Source: Octopus bimaculoides
Taxonomy: Eukaryota
Length of the DNA stretch: 34,096 nucleotides
Assembly (NCBI RefSeq): GCF_001194135.2
Contig: NC_068992.1
Span: 54,772,213-54,806,308 of the forward strand
Direction: 5' to 3'
Shown here: positions 33,613 to 34,096 of the stretch, piece after piece
Layout: each line of letters opens with the position of its first letter
How positions within the stretch are numbered: the first letter of the stretch is position 1
The notes under the pieces: generated by a model
Databases searched by the model: none
The model's input: the letters and a program-made list of their open reading frames with translations, nothing else
What the model was told of the DNA's origin: nothing
Translations under genes and position numbers: made by a program

Positions 33613-34030
33613 ATGAGTACTGTGGCAAGAAGTTTGCTTCCTAACCACATGATCCCAGGTTCAGTCCCATTACGTGGCATCTTGGGCAAGTGTCTGCTAT
33701 AGCCTCGGACAGTAGACTGAAATTAAAAGAAGCCCGTCGTATATATATCTGTGTGTGTGTAATGTAAATAATGTACATAATTCCTCATCTCTTAAATATA
33801 GAACTGTATTTTATATCCTATCCGTATCTTTTATGCTTTATCTTTTACTTGTTTCAGTTATTGGATAGTGTCAGGCTGGGGCATCACTTTGAGCGGTTTA
33901 GTCGATCAAATCGACCCTAGTACGTTTGTTTAAAGTCTGGTACATAATCTATCGGTCTCTTTCATCGAATCGCTAATTCATGGAGACGTATCGAATCAAT
34001 ACCAATTGTCAAGCAGCAGAAGAGAAGCAT
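33613..34030. mobile_element. Family-B SINE head/body (33613-33740, plus) and an inverted degenerate tail (33830-34030)
   Basis: CCAGGTTCAGTCCC...TGGGCAAGTGTCTGCTATAGCC; tail CTTTTACTTGTTTCAGT...AATCGACCCTAGTAC. Confidence 0.65.
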
Positions 34031-34096
34031 AAGGACACACACAATATATATAAATTTTCATTTCCCTTTGATATAATTATATATATATATATATAT

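Noticed and set aside
33590-33625. GAAAC...GTA...CTGATGA order resembling a type II hammerhead
   Set aside because: No stem I hairpin and no stem II partner could be formed.

Overview
AT-rich, repeat-dense eukaryotic (animal) genomic DNA. The (TATG)n/(TAA)n/(TA)n microsatellites and tRNA-derived SINE landscape suggest an octopus-like coleoid cephalopod (inference, not proven). The window holds one real gene: a minus-strand SLC22-family (OCT/OAT-like) MFS transporter. Eight coding exons (29963 to 12118, about 513 aa) join in frame across canonical GT-AG introns; the last exon(s), encoding TM11-12, were not found and probably lie left of the window or in a gap. Everything else is intron or flank: several SINE families, mariner, Merlin and RLE-LINE relics, hAT, piggyBac, pogo and Merlin-type MITEs with visible TSDs, and six N gaps. 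The most unusual signals are: (i) hammerhead-ribozyme motifs in three unrelated repeats, including a tRNA-headed SINE carrying a (TAA)n linker and a 3' hammerhead, and a near-complete extended type I hammerhead at 10755-10817; (ii) a 28S rRNA-derived segment embedded in (TATG)n; (iii) a 212-bp zero-loop palindrome just upstream of exon 7. All structures were folded by eye and none is experimentally tested.
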